From Octopus bimaculoides (Eukaryota): a stretch of DNA of 64,000 nt. The stretch is taken from assembly GCF_001194135.2 (NCBI RefSeq), contig NC_068985.1:22625510-22689509 (forward strand). Reading direction: 5' to 3'. The notes beneath the pieces were generated by a model. That model searched no databases. It had not been told where the DNA came from and worked only from the letters and a program-made list of their open reading frames with translations. Positions 48,930-63,749 of this stretch are shown here, in pieces; within the stretch, counting starts at the first letter, position 1; each line of letters starts with the position of its first letter. Position numbers and translations under genes: made by a program.

Positions 48930-50098
48930 GCTATTTGGGAGTAAATTAGTCGGTAAGTGAATGTTTACCAAAGTTTGGAGGTATTCATCAGTGGTTTCCT
49001 TGTCACAAGGTATTATGTTAAAAACAATCTTTGTGTGAGCTTTTGAAAGATATACAATAGAATCTTTCGTTAAACGAAGCTATCACAGAGAATATATGAT
49101 CTTTTACATATTGTTTAATTAATTTATGTCCATCCCATGATAAAGAAATAGCAGGTCGTATTTCTTCGATGTAATTTCTTTAAAATGTGGTTTTCCTCTT
49201 CGAATGCACCTGAGGATGTTTATAGGTTTCGATTTCTCAGAGAATGTATATGCTTTAACCTGATACTTTTTTTCTCGACTATCGGTATCTCATCATTTAT
49301 TTATCTCTAATCACACAAACAAAGCAATTGTATTTAATAAAATCTAAGAGAGTTTATTGAATATATCCATTATCTATCTGCATATGTTTATACAAATAGA
49401 AATTAGCCTTATATCAAAGTTTATCTTACCCGTGCTTATTGTTCTCTTTTAATTTGTAATATGTTACATTGAGTTTCTATGTGTGTTGACAAACATTTTA
49501 AACCTTATTGTTTTATTATATGTCGGTTTATGCAATATAGATATGGTTCCTTACAGATACCAACTTATCTATCATCTCCCAATCAATACGTCATTTCCTC
49601 GGCATTACTGAATAACTTGGGTTTCCTTTCGATTAAAGTTGCGTTCTTTAAATCCTGAAATTTGAAGACACTCCCTTCTTCTAGCGGAAGACACACTACC
49701 AGCTTTAATAAATATTGACTAAAAACAATATATAAGAGCCAACGACTGAACCTCAAAGTTGTTACGATTTCGACATCTATGTATGTTAACCCTAGTTTCT
49801 GAGGAGGGTGTTATGTAGAATATCTTTCGTATGATCTTAAGAAAATCCAACAGTGCTGGAGCCTAGGTTAGCCCTGTTCCAGCTGACTAATAATCAAGTA
49901 TGTTCCAGTTATAACTATCCCGTTATTTTTCATTTTATGAAAGACAGTGCTTAAGCTAACGAAAGTGCTTTCGATTAAAAGACCAAATCCAACATTTCCC
50001 AACGAGAGAACCTCCACCTGGTCGCAATACCTGCTAGGGGAAAAAAAGGAAATCTCCCCCAAGCCTCACTCTACCGTCTTAAAAAGAAAGAAAGAACA

Positions 50099-50148
<50 letters not shown>

Positions 50149-50893
50149 GCACACATATATATGATAACATTATGTCTGTAAAAAGACAGTATGTTTATGG
50201 TTGTAAGGTACAATAATAATATAAATTTGAACATTTGTAAAACGTATGAATACTGTTGCAAGTAACCAAGCAAAATAATGGAAGTAATGTTTATTCAATA
50301 TTGTGAAAGTATTAGTGTTCTGTTGTTTCATTTTCTTAAAAATTGAAATGCTGTTCCAATTTGTTTAACAATAAAAATGTAATTGGAAATACTAACAAAA
50401 ATATTTCTACACTTAAGATGTAAACGAAATACATTTACGAGGTAATCATTTGAATTAAAAATATTGAGAAAACATTCTTAGAGAAATGATACAAAATTCA
50501 AAAAGAATGTTTCTATAGAATTTGAAATTCTGTGGCTTTAATTTTCTACATATATTTATGATTATCATTTACATTCAAAACCTTGTGAAAAAGTAAAAGA
50601 GTACAACCCTAAGGCACTCATTAATGAATATTCAGGTATTCTGTAATAAATCCAGTATTTGAATGAATATTTCTGTAGCCGGTACTCTTCCTGTAGCTAA
50701 CCAGTCTTTCCATGATGTAGCCCTGGTGCTTGTCAATCATTGTAGACTGATGCAATACAATTCCATCACATTATTTTTATAACCCTCTTAAATACCACCC
50801 ACTTACAAAATAATAGAAGTCATTCGTTGTTATGTATTCTGATGTATATTTCTAATATTATTTTCTTTATTGTTTTGGTGTTTTAGTTTACAT

Positions 50894-53800
50894 ATGATGA
50901 GTCATGGGACCTCCCCTAAAAAGCTAAAACAATGTACGCTTGATGATCTATTCAATAAAAGATCAACACCTGGACACAAAGGTATGTGTAATTGTCAATC
51001 ATTTAAATTTCCTAGTTATTTCCTTATTTTGGCAAGGATATTGAAGCATTGAACTAGGATCATTGATGTATCCAGTTCAGTGATTTTGGTTTAAAATTAA
51101 ACACTATGAATTTTGCTCGATCATCATACTTGAGTTGATATCCGTTACAAAACAGACTTTGTATTCTGTAAAAAATTATGTTTATCCCTTGATTACCTCC
51201 ATAATGTTGGTTTCTTTAATATTTGTGGTGACTGGAGTCAGTACTAACATTTGTATGAAGCTGAATTCATAAAGTTGTAATATTTTTGCTTTTCCTTGTT
51301 TAAATGTTCCCCACTCTTCAGATTTCATGGATGTCAGAGATGTGAAGGTTACTAAGAAGCTTCATTCCTTCTACTTCTCAGCCATGATAATTCTGTAAGA
51401 AGTATTGCTGTTGAGAAAGCTCCTACATTTGCTGCCTGCTTTGCCTCCTGCACACACTTGGTAAATCTTAAATCTCCTTCAGAACTATCCCTCTTCATTC
51501 CACCAGGTTCGCCATATTCACCTCTGTGAAAGCACGTCTAGTTGCTTCAAACCGACAAGGAAGTGAGCCCTGACAATGTCCCCTCTTTCACTCTCAAATA
51601 ATCTACCCTAGAACTTGCCAAATTCTTCAAACTTTCTGTCTGTCTGTCTCTCTCTCTCTCTCTCCCTCCAAAAACCTACCATAGTCTTTGTAAATCCACT
51701 TCAGTGCATGCCGTTCCCAAAAGAGCAACTCCTTTGACCCTTCCAGCTACTGCCCAATCACTTTCAATCAGCTTTGAGATGTTAGAAGTGAGACAGTCAT
51801 TAACAACCACCTTCTCCATCACCTTGAAAATCTCTCCCTTTTCAATAACTCCTCTTAATTTTGTTTTGTTCCATGGAATTTCCATGGGTCACATTAGTTA
51901 CTAATATTTGCATATTTATTGTAACTGTGTGGTGAGAGAGAAACAGATGAGACTGATGATGTTATTTATTACTTCCTTATGGAAAAAATAAAGTTTAGGG
52001 AGAATTATATCAATAAATAAGATTTATAAAAAAGGAAGTATATTGCAATTTCTAGTGTATATGTAACACTATTTTATACTTAATTTTAACTGAAGAGACT
52101 AGGGTGTAATTTATACATGAGGCAAAACTGGTATCAAATTTGAATATGAAGGGAAATAATATTGCATCAAGATTTGACACCAAATTTTAAGTGCTACTTA
52201 AAATTGAGAAAATACAGTAGTTTTTAATCTCAAAATATATCAGAAGTGAAGTGAAAAATATTTTCAGTTTAGCTAATAAAAATAAATAAAAATAATAGCA
52301 TTACTAGGATAATCTGTAATTTTCAATTTGATAGTTATGTACAAACATTCATTGAGATGTTTCTAATGGATATTGTATTGAATATCTCTCATACATTTTG
52401 AAATATATATATTCATATATTTTTGACTTCATAGCTACAATGCAAGATTCCTTCAAACGTGATGATAAAGATCTAAAAGTTACTGATTCTCAACCAATTC
52501 TGGATAATAAATTATCAGAAAGTGATGACTTGTTGGGAGAAAAGAGGTAATTCCTTTACTATTCCATTTATTTTTCTCATTCTTTTTTTCTTCTTTTATT
52601 TAAAGATTTATATAACTTCTATGCGTTTATTCTTGTATGTTGGTTTGAGTTTATGGAAAAATGTCTAGGAACTGATTACAACTGTTTCTTTAGTAGTTAG
52701 CTTCCATGAGAATTAAGAGTCTCTTTTACAGTAAGAATCATTTAAGGATATATTCCCTACTTATCTCTGCTATTTGGCTGATCTCAATCCAAGTGGCACA
52801 ATTGTTGTTTTGGACAATGACTTCTGCTCCAGTGTTAAGGAATGTTAGCTCTGTCTTGGCAAACTATTAGGTTGGCAACTAAGTTCCTGCCGTTTTTTTA
52901 AATTTAAATTTTTTAAAAGGTTTAATAAAAAATAACAACTAATTAATCAATAATGTATTCACCCTTGTTGTTTACAACTTCTTCTCAACGTTCAACAAGT
53001 TGGTAGAAATCCCCCGATTTTGACTCGAAAAATTGATTCAACCAAGCTCTCAAATCTGTATCAGTATTGAATGAAACTCCGTGCATAGCATTTGAAAGAG
53101 ATCGAAAGAGGTGAAAATCCATTGGTGCCAAATCAGGAGAGTACAGCGAGTGTGGCAGCACTTCCCAGCCATGCGTTTGAATGGCTTCCTTGGCCATATT
53201 GGCAATATGAGGGCTGGCGTTGTCGTGCAGTAGAAGAACTCCATGCTGTCGATTAGGTCTTTTCTCTTGAGTTGTTCCATCTGTTGAACACAGATTCCAT
53301 GTTGACCATTTGGTTCCGTTCAAGCGATTTGTAATGGATAATCCCTTCCCAGTCCCACCATACACACAACATTGTTTTACATAGATGAAGATCTTGTTTC
53401 ACACGCAGTGTCGTTTGTTTACCGGGGCTAAGCCATTCCTTACGCTGCTTCATATTGATGTACAGGCACCATTTTTCGTCACCAGTAACGATTCAGTAAA
53501 GAAATCGTTGCTTGTGTCCATGAGTTGAGCGGTGACGAGCAAGCAAACCAGCGGAGATTGTGGCTTGTTGATTTTGTTGGTTGGCATTAGGAAGGGCATC
53601 CAGATCAGATTAGAGCCTGGTGCAGCTGCTGGCTCTCCAGACCTCAGTCAAACTGTCCAATCCATGCCAACATGGAAAATGGACGTTAAACGATGATGAT
53701 GAAGATGATGATATTTGTGTGTGCATGTGTATGTCTTTGTGTTTTCTTTCTGCCACTACTTGTGTCAGTCTGTTTTTGTCCCCAAACTTAGTGGTTCACC

Positions 53801-56800
53801 AAAAGAGACCAGTAGCATAAGTAACAGGTTTTAAGAAATAGGTGCTGGGGTTGATTTGTTCAGCTAAAATCTCTTCACTGACCCTTCAATGTCATTCTAA
53901 AAATAATCAGTCATATCATTGAGCTCTCAAAGCTATGAGATTATTAAAAACAATGAATAAATACCATAAATCCTCGAGTATAATCCGCACTTTTTTCCCA
54001 AAATTTAAAGGTCAAAATTTCTAGTGCGTACTATATACGAGGTTAAAAATGTAAAATATTTTCTAAGTGATAAATATGTAAAGGCAGTTTATTTAATATT
54101 TATTTTTCACGGACGTTATTACTGTTATTTCTTTATCTTCTGCAAAGTGCACAGAAAAGCTACATGTCTGCATTATGTTATATATACAATAATAATAAAG
54201 GACGTTACCGTATATACGTTTACAAACCAAGGACGTTATATAGACCTCCTTGACTCAAGTTAGAGAAGGGGTGCGTATTATACACAAGGTTTAGGTTTTT
54301 CAGAGGTGCAGCCCCCTAAAAATCCCCTGCGTATTATACTCGAGGATTTATGGTATTCATTACATTTGACAGTAATCTGAATGCAAAAGGATTAAACAGG
54401 ATATTTAAAAAAAATTTTTTTTTCTTTTTAAGAATTCAAATGGATGAAGACTTGAGTGAGTATATTTACTAATACTTTATTTCTTAAAAACGTTTGAATG
54501 ATGTTTAGCAGTTATAACAGTTTTAAATGTCATCAGAGACAATTACTTACAGAGTAATAAGACAGCTTTTTTTAGAATAAAATATTTAATTTTTCTTGTA
54601 AAATTAGAATGTTGAAAATTGACAATTATTAGTAAGCTAGAATATTTTGCATCTTAAAACTTCTGGACGAAGTGGTTGTTAGTGGCATGCTGTCTTTATT
54701 GCTGTGTTTTGTAGGAGGTTGTAAGGGTCATGAAATAATGTTGCCCATCTATCTTCTATGTTCACTATTCTGAGGGTAGAATCCTCAGGCACCTCATCTG
54801 TAGGGTCCTGTCAGAAACAACTGTCATTAAACTTTTTCTCGCTGAATTCCTAAGCACGAGCATCTGATACTATGGACATTATTCAGCCATCTTGATCATG
54901 GTCTACCATAGGAATAATGTTGTTACTGATAAAATTCATAATCAGAGGATTTAAAATTTTAACCATTAACCTCAAGTTATGCTTAGCACCAATAACAGTT
55001 CTTGAGTACTGTATCTTTGAGATAATTTTTGGTTTATACTTTGCTATTAATAAAACTTCTGTTGCTGATCTACAAAAGTAAAACAAAACAGCTTATGGAA
55101 TTTTAAAAACTTTCAGTATTTAAATTAGCCACATTTTGCTCAAATATTCTACCTGTTTTATGTTCAAACTGGACAAATCCAACCTCTCACACCTAGCCAT
55201 TTTAAAAGGAATCAATCACATCATCAAAATCTCAATGCTACAAGATAATACATGATTAATTCAAAACAATGTGAACAAATAAATATTTCATTTGACAAAA
55301 TAATCTAAATGCTAAAAGGTTAAAGGAAATTGTTGTTTATATTGCTAGATACTGTTAAATGTTTTATCTCTTTCTTATTTCTAGCTGACAGTCAGTCTTC
55401 CTTGAAATCTCTGCATGACACAGCATTTTGTATAGATAATACTAATGTAATTGAAGACATCCTTGAGTATGCAAAATATTTTTCATTTTAGTTGTATTTT
55501 GATATTGTACAAAACCTTATTTGCATCATCTCAAAATCCTTATTTGACTGTTACATCATTATTGAAATGTTAAAGAGTTTACTTAGTGTTTGATAAATAA
55601 TTTTCCCTCTTCTAAATGTAATATTTCTTATATGCTTAGAAATATTTTAGTTAAGATGGTGCATTTGGCTGAAATAGTAGTTCATTGCCATTCTGTTCAG
55701 AGCTAAAATTGGCTTTACCGTTCATCTCTTTAAGGCTGTTAAGACAAGTTCTATTAATATATTAATAATTAATTAAACCCACTGTACCTCTTCTTATAGA
55801 AAATTGGCCTTGTAGCTTGTCAAAATAAATTTGTTTGATTAAGATATATATTATTTAAATATGCTTACACAAATATGAATAACTTTTATCAAAGTACATC
55901 ATCTTTATATTGTCTGATATTATCACACCCATTCTAGGTTGGTAAGTGTCATACTTATATTCTTTTGTTATTTGAAGAGAGCAACAAATGATAGAACATC
56001 CTTCTACATCCAACCCTCAACCAAGCTCCAGTGACTCAAAATTAATCAATGCAGTCCAAGGTTATTTTGATGTGCAGGAAGAGAATGATGATGAACCTCA
56101 GCATAATGTAAGAGATAGTCTGCTTAATTTCTAACTTTCTTTAGCATAACAGAGCAAATATATTTAGTGCAATGAAATTCACTAATGAACACATTAAACA
56201 AGAAAACTTCATAAAGTTGTACAATTGCTTTATGTTTCTAATGATTCATTCTGAAAACATTTCTATGTTAGTTTCACCGTCAGTTTTAATTAGATAATCT
56301 TTATCAAGCATTACCTTTGGCAATGAAGAAATACTTTGGTATGGTTTTCTTAAAATTTCGTTGGTTTATCACCATGGTCTTTACCTGTTCAGATTTATCA
56401 AATTCAAAGCCATCAACATAGGGAAAATGGTACATCACATTACCAAAAATGTAAAGTGATTAGGAAACTGGTTTATGACTGTAGACATTATGAATTCACT
56501 AGAAGATCTGATTGGAACAAGTACCAGATCATCTGGTGTTTTATCATGAGTCAGATTAATCTACCATTTTCTTTACACCATAGAACTGAAGCTAAGTATT
56601 AGCTTTTAAGAAGCACAGAAGGCCAAAGAGAGAGAAGTGACTTGGATCAACAAAAAAATAAATAATAAAACCTATTTTATTTCTTAAGGTGCTATTCTGA
56701 TAAACACTGACCGACATACGAATGTAAAGCCAATGTACTTATATAAATAATATGATCAAGCTGTGGAAGTTTTATACTGGAAGCTTTGTCAGAAATGGGT

Positions 56801-59800
56801 GTTTGAAGGAAGAAGTACATGGGACAGTCACTGGATAGAAAGAGTACTTGAGTCAGAAATATGCAAAATTTTGTTGGATTTTCTAATTCAAAAGGATAAG
56901 AAGATACAACATAGCAAGCCAGATATTACAATAATAGACAAGGAAAATCAAATTTGTTTACTGATTGATCCATCATGTCCATTTGATTCCAGGATTGGGA
57001 AGAAAGAAGATGAAAAGTTGAAAAAAAACAACCTCTTTAAAATGTATGATTGTGAGGATTTGGAACATGAAATTTATAAAGGTTATACCTGTGATAATTG
57101 CTGCATTAGAGACTGAATGATGACATAGACAAATGATTAAAGATCAGAATGGAATGTTTTGTTGAGCTTCTACAAAAAGTTTGTCTCTGAAGAATAGGAA
57201 AGATCATGAGAAGGGTTTTGAGTACTCGACGGCATATTGAGATCATGGGGGTATCTAGGGTTACATGTAGTAACTTACTACCTGCTTAAATTCTGTCAGG
57301 AATAAGACCAATCTTAATTCAAGTCTAATAATAATGAACTCATTGTATACAGCACTCAGACATGCTATAATTTGTCAGAAAAAAGTAAATGAAGGGAGAG
57401 AAAACACCAACAAGGCAACTAGAAGATTCAATAATAGTCATAAGTTCACGCACAGTACACAGAATAAGACACAAAAAGAAAGTAAAGTGGACAATAAGAG
57501 CCATAAAGAGGAGAGGGTGAATAGGCATGTCAAGAATAGTGTCAGTAAATTTCAGGGAGCATGGAATTTTTGAAGGATGCAGTTTCCTGACTTAGGTGAG
57601 TTTATTCCCTGCTTTGACAGTTCTGAGAATGAAAAAAATGTTTATGAAAGTGATGGCTGCTGAACTATTTTTGATTTTATAAGAAAGTCCACATTCCTTA
57701 CGAAAAAAAAACTTGTGGAAATATATTTGATGAGTTTCTGTTGGCACTTCGTCGCTTACGACGTCGAGGGTTCCAGTTGATTCGATCAACAGAACAGCTT
57801 GCTCGTGAAATTAACGTGCAAGTGGCAGAGCACTCCACAGACACGTGTACCCTTAACGTAGTTCTCGGGGATATTCAGCGTGACACAGTGTGACAAGGCT
57901 GACCCTTTGAATTACAGGCACAACAGAAACAGGAAGTAAGAGTGAGAGAAAGTTGTGGTGGACGAGTACAGCAGGGTTCGCCACCATCCCCTGCCAGAGC
58001 CTCGTGGAGCTTTAGGTGTTTTTGCTCAAAAAACACTCACAACGCCCGGTCTGGGAATCGAAACCGCGATCCTATGACTGCGAGTCCGCTGCCCTAACCA
58101 CTGGGCCATTGTGCCTCCACATTTGATGAGTAGCCAATGGTTAAATTAATCATTATGATCCTTTTTGTTTATATTCTGTTTTGCGATTTCTTAATATAAA
58201 TCTATGATTGGGAAAAAAACTTTCTTTAACCCTTGTGTTTCAGAATTCCTATCCAATTGAGAAAATGCATTGTGCTCCAACCCCTTGGTCAGAACTTTTC
58301 CCCAATACAAATAAGGAACATTATATTATGTTTACATTACCTGTAAGTATTTTTTATGTTTCTTTTTTAGTCATTAGATCTAGTAAACTGATATCAGTGT
58401 AGTAATAAGGTAATGAACTTTCAGTTGATTGCTCCTGTAAATTAGTTATTGTTTGTTGCTTGGCCCAACATTGGCTTTGTTCAAGTAGTCCTACGATAAA
58501 ACATGTTTCAACCATGTTCATTCCAACTTTTTCTCAGACATACAAGTGCAGGCATGGTTCGGGTTGAGAAGCTTGCTTCCTAACCATGTGGTCTTGAGTT
58601 CAGTTCCACTGTGACACCTTGGGCTTCTACTATAGCCTCGGGCTGACCAAAGCCCTGTGAGTGGATTTGGTAGATGGAAACTGAAAGAAGCCTGTTATAT
58701 AATTGTAAGTGAATATATGTTTGTATCTCCTTGTCTTGACGTCACATGATGGTTGTAAATGAGTGTCACTGTCATACAAGCAGTGTCAGTCATTTCCAAT
58801 CTTCTGCAAAAACATGTCTGGCCTTGGGGAAGTATTATTTTGCTTGGAGATAAGTGAGGATTAGTTGACAGGAAGGACATCCACCTATAGAAAACCTGTC
58901 TCAATGAATTCCATAGGACCCATACATTGCATTTTGCTCACTTTGATTTCCAATAAAAACATAATCAACATCATCATCGTTTAACGTCCACTTTCCATGC
59001 TAGCATGGGTTGGACGATTGACTGAGGACTGGTGGACCAGGAGGCGACACCAGGCTCCAATCTGATTTGGCAGAGTTTCTACAGCTGGATGCCCTTCCTA
59101 ACGCCAACCACTCCGAGAGTGTAGTGGGTGTTTTTACGTGCCACCAGCAAAATGAAGTTGATAACCTGAAAATGAATTTAATAACTGAAAATGTAATAAC
59201 CTGAAAACATTATAGTGTCAGGTTAAATACACTACAGTGTTTAGTTTCCAAATTAGCTGGTATCTGCTTTATCTTTAATTCTTTCTTGATCAATACCTAA
59301 TTGTTCACTGGGGTCAGTTCAACTGAGATTACCACTGACCTGTAAATGTTACCCTTGTGCCTAGTCTTAAAGAATCAATATGATAAATGTTTGTGGTAAG
59401 TGTTGTAGCATCTGTACAATTCCTGATTGTAACTTTTTCATTTTATTTACATTGCTCATGCTTTCTTGAACTGCATCGTATTTCATTTCTCTTCTCTTAT
59501 AAACCCAGAACTTTGCTAACCAATAAGTGAACTTCTACATGATCATTTGCCCTGCTACAGTTAGCTGCTAAAGCTCCCTCAAGTCATTCCCTTTTATCTT
59601 AACAACAGAAGTCAGACATATTTAGATTTGCTGTTTTGCAGCTAGCAGCAACAAAATTCCAGGGTTTTGTTCTTTTGTAAGTAATTAATATAATTCAGGT
59701 TTAACTAGAGAAGTGCTGTTTCATTATCTGAATAAATTATGTTGTTTGTACTTGACCACAGACCCCCATGAATATCCAGCAACTGTTTGGGATAATATTT

Positions 59801-62776
59801 AAATATACCAATGGTTTAGTGGTTAAAATATTTGGCTCATGATCATAAGGTCGTGAGTTCAATTACTGGTGGCATGTTGTGTTCATGAGCAAGATACTTT
59901 ATTTCATGTTGCTCCAGTTCACTCATCTGGCAAAAATGAGTAGTACCTGTATTTCAAAGGGCCAGTCTTGTCACATTTTGTGCCACGCTGAACTCCCTGA
60001 GAACTGTCTTAAGGGTATGTGTGTCTGTGGAATGCTCAGCCATTTACACGTTAATTTCACAAGCAGGCTGTTTCCATTGATTGGATCAACTGGAACCCAC
60101 ATTGTTGTAACCAATGGAGTGCCAGGTTTATACACTCTCAATTCAGCACCACAATTGTATTTCATTAATTGCTAAAACCTCTGTGAATGTGGTGGATAAA
60201 TGTTGATGTTAAACCAACTGTATCCATTTTGCTATTGAGCGATTCATTATTACTAGTAAGACTCATGTAAATTCCACTGAATGGAAAAAATTAAGAGGAT
60301 CTATTTAAGAAAGAAAGGATGATTTGCATTTTTATAGTATTCATAATTTAGCATTCTTAAAATATTCTTGATGTTCGTCTACATTCATTTCCTCATGTCT
60401 ATGTCGGTGTTGTCTTTTTCCTCTTTTTATCATATCTTCTTGCTGTTCCTCTCTGATCTGTGCTCTATATCTGTCTATCCTTCCGTGGGCAGCTTTGCAA
60501 TGGTGTTTCTTGTGAATCCAGAGTTGCGGCTAGATTAACCCTTATAAACAAATATCAATTTTTTAAGCAAGCTGACAATAAATAATTAGGAGAGTATTGT
60601 AGTTTGCTTGAAGCATTGTGTATTGTTTGTAAAGAATAAAAGTTTAGAATGGTACAACAATGCACTATAGAAATATAACCAAATTACAACAGGTATATAG
60701 TCCATTTTTTGTTCTATAGTGCATTGTTGTACCATTCTAAACTTTTATTCTTAATAAATAATTGCACTTATGTGTATGCGATGGTCGCTATAAAAAAAAA
60801 TTTGTTCAATAAAAAAAATACTTTTCAATATCACCACACCACCACCACCACCGCCTCCACCACCACTGCTATCTGCTTCCTTCTCTCTCAATATAACTGC
60901 CTCCCCTGTCCATCTGTCTATCTACCTTCAACTAATTTTTTAACCATGTAATAAATATTCCTTCCTCACCCCACTGCACATAGTTAACACTTCTCTCTCC
61001 CTCTTTTTTCTTGTCTTTTTCTGTCTTCGCCTCTACCTTCAGCTGACCATGTGACCATTTGGACTAAGTGTATTAAAAGTAATCACCTTTCTCTACTTTT
61101 TCTTCTCTTCTTTCTTCACTCCTCCCTCTCTCTCACTTACTCCACCTCTCACTCATTCCACCACCACCTCTCTAACTAACTAATGTATAACGGGCAAAGG
61201 AACAAGCAGAATATATAGATTAATAAAAAATGTTAATAAATATTTATTATTATTACTTTTTTATTTCATTTAGGATGGCTATGACTCTGGAAAAGATGAT
61301 ATCCTTCCTAAACCTAGTTCAGGAAACCTCATAGACTGCTGGGATGAGAACCATGTTAAGATGCCGTGTTCCATACAAAGTGAATGTGTTGTTGAAAAAC
61401 AAGTTTGTATTTGTTTTATCTCAAACTTCAACTAAACCATTTTAGTTTAAACCCTTTTCACTTAGTTATGAAGAAACTGTTGTAATGTTCTCACAGAAAT
61501 CATGAGTTTCAATCCCGTTTGTTTTTTAAAGTAAAACTTTAATTTAATTCTAGAGTAATCTTGAATTTAGTGTTTTGTTAGCTGGAAATACTCAATTCAG
61601 TTCCTGTTAGAGAAAATAATGCAAAGCCTATCTAATACTAAGCTTTCAGGTTAAAGATTTCAATTGTCTTGAATCTTGCATTTGTACTTGGGCTGGAGTT
61701 TTGATTCAGTTTGTGATGGCCCATATGCAACTATCCAGCTTATGATTCCGTTTAACTTGTCACGTATCCACCACTAGGTGGCCTCATGTTGTTTGCAATA
61801 CATACTTCTGTGAAATAGACTCGATTCATCTTTTCATGTTTTTAAATGTGATCGTTTTGCAATTTAGAGATTTGCATATTGTTGAGTAAAAGAAGTTTTG
61901 CAGACTCAGCTTACCATGGATGGTATATTTGCTGATTAGTTGCAGTAGTAAAGAAAAGCAACAACTGCAACAATTTTATGTTACTATTCACTTCACAAGT
62001 CTTCTTTCAGAAAATTGCAATGTTCTGGAACTTTCTTTTTGTCCAAACAGAAATTCAAGTAGAGCATTAGTCTCATCAACTTCACAAGTTTGGGAAGGCT
62101 TTGAGAGACAAGGGCACAGCCCTTTTTATTCAGGATAAATAATAATAAACTGAGTAGTGGCAGCAAACTGCATTAATTTTCCAGCCCTACATAAGCTCCT
62201 GTTATAAATATAGATGTTGAGAATATTGTCTGGGTTGTTACAAATATGGTCATTGACATATTTTGACTTGGAGAAGACTTCATTCTGTAATCTGATAGAT
62301 TTTGAGAAATCTAGCTGTATTTAAATGGTTTCTGAAGAGTTTTCAAAATATGTATGATGGGACTAAGAACAAAATTGGCAGTGAGGAGTTTATTGTCTAC
62401 TAAAGCTCTTCTTTCAGGTTCTTTTGGTATATATTTTATATTTTTACTGTAGTTGTTTAAGTTAAACTGAAAATAGATGTAAACTGATAGAAAAATAGTT
62501 CTCATTTGTAAGTCACTTCTATAGTGTGACTATATTGATAATGTATGTTTGCTCTTAGCAAATAAATAAACTTGCAACAATGAAACAATCAAACTGGAAA
62601 TATTAAGAAATATAATTGTTTGTGTCTGTGAGGTAGGAAGAAAGTAAAACTTTGTAAATTCAAATCTGAATTTGACTATATTCTTTTTTCTATGTATGTA
62701 TATTTAGCTAAAGGAACGCTGGGAAGTTATCCAGAATGCATTAATATCAAATATAAAATCACCCCAGGAACTTGAG
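50894..62776 (+). CDS. PARG: Poly(ADP-ribose) glycohydrolase, 5'-partial model (244 aa in window; continues beyond it)
   Basis: Exons (GT-AG, phase-consistent): 50894-50981, 52435-52546, 54433-54455, 55385-55466, 55978-56107, 58244-58342, 61274-61402, 62708-62776. PIEKMH...EHYIMFTLP, LPKP...DCWDENHVKMPCS and ERWEVIQNAL match the PARG regulatory segment and the start of the catalytic region (human PIEEMRR, DLWDNKHVKMPCS, SRWELIQTAL). The GGG/QEE catalytic loop is not in the window. Confidence 0.88.
52867..53575 (-). mobile_element. Mariner (DD34D) transposase 3' part, 5'-truncated, in a PARG intron
   Basis: IVTGDEKW, MLCVWWDWEGIIHY, LLHDNASPH, HSLYSPDLAPMDFHLF; TIR TTAGGTTGGCAACTAAG with TA at 52865-52866. 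Confidence 0.9.
53964..54353. mobile_element. pogo/Tc1-type MITE
   Basis: Perfect 21-bp TIRs CCATAAATCCTCGAGTATAAT; TA at 53962-53963 and 54354-54355. Confidence 0.88.
56740..57230 (+). mobile_element. Non-LTR retrotransposon fragment with a restriction-like endonuclease domain (R4/NeSL-like)
   Basis: LYWKLCQKW...KILLDFLIQKDKKIQHSKPDITIIDK...LLIDPSCPFDSRIGKKEDEK (PD..D..K pattern). Confidence 0.75.
57739..58118 (-). mobile_element. Full-length tRNA-derived SINE (same family as 18124-18498)
   Basis: Reverse complement aligns along its whole length; A box TGGCCCAGTGG, B box GTTTCGATTCC. Confidence 0.85.
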
Positions 62777-63749
62777 GTATGTTATTGAGAAAATATTCTG
62801 TTTCATACTTTTTGTACAATACTTCAAGTTATTGTCATTTAACAAATTGTCTCTGCTGGTATGATGTTTTTTTTTAATCTCATTATGTTGTTCAGAATCC
62901 ATATGAGGAGTACCCAAAAGTAACCGGAAATGTTCTCTTAGGGACAAGCCTGTTGTAGTTCAGGCTTCCGCTGCTAGAAGCCACTTGATGTGACCCTCAG
63001 GCATAAGTTTGCCAACCAGCGTCATCGAGTAATGTTGTGCTGCCATGTGGTGTGTCTTTCTTTGTTGATTTTTCATGTTGCTCCCGTTCACTCAGCTGTA
63101 GAAATGAGTTGTGACATCACTGGTACCAAGCTGTATTGGCCTTTGCTTTTCCCTTGGATAACATCGATGGTGTGGAGTGGGGAGGCTGGTATGCATGGGC
63201 GACTACTGGTCTTCCAAAAACAACCTTGCACAGATTTGTATTTTAGAGGGGAACTTTCTAGGTGCAATTCCATGGTCATTCATGACCGAAGGGGTCCCTT
63301 ACCCTATATATATATCATCGTCATCATCATAATCATTTAACGTCTGTTTTCCATGCTGGCATGAGTTGGATGCTTTGACTGGGGACTGACAAGCCAGTAG
63401 GCTGCACCAGGCTCCAATCTGATCTGGCAAGGTTTCTACAGCTGGATGCCCTTCTTAACACCAACCACTTTGAGAGTGTAGTGGGTACTTTTTACATACC
63501 ACCAGAACGGGAGCCAGTCAGGTGGCACTGGCATTGACCCACGCTTGAATGGAGCTTATTATGTGCCACCATGTATATCCAAATTGAGGGAGTGGACCCA
63601 AATTTTTGACCTCTTCCTTCAATTCTCTTACCTACCATTTTATTTCTTCATACATTTATTTATTTATTTTTTTACTCCATTCTTCCAGCTTCATCACTCA
63701 TTTTAAATTATATCTCCAGTGAGTTAATTTGAGATTCCTTAATGACAAT

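Noticed and set aside
55938-55941. ctag|GTTG|gtaagt 4-nt microexon in PARG
   Set aside because: Would leave a 36-nt intron and break the frame.
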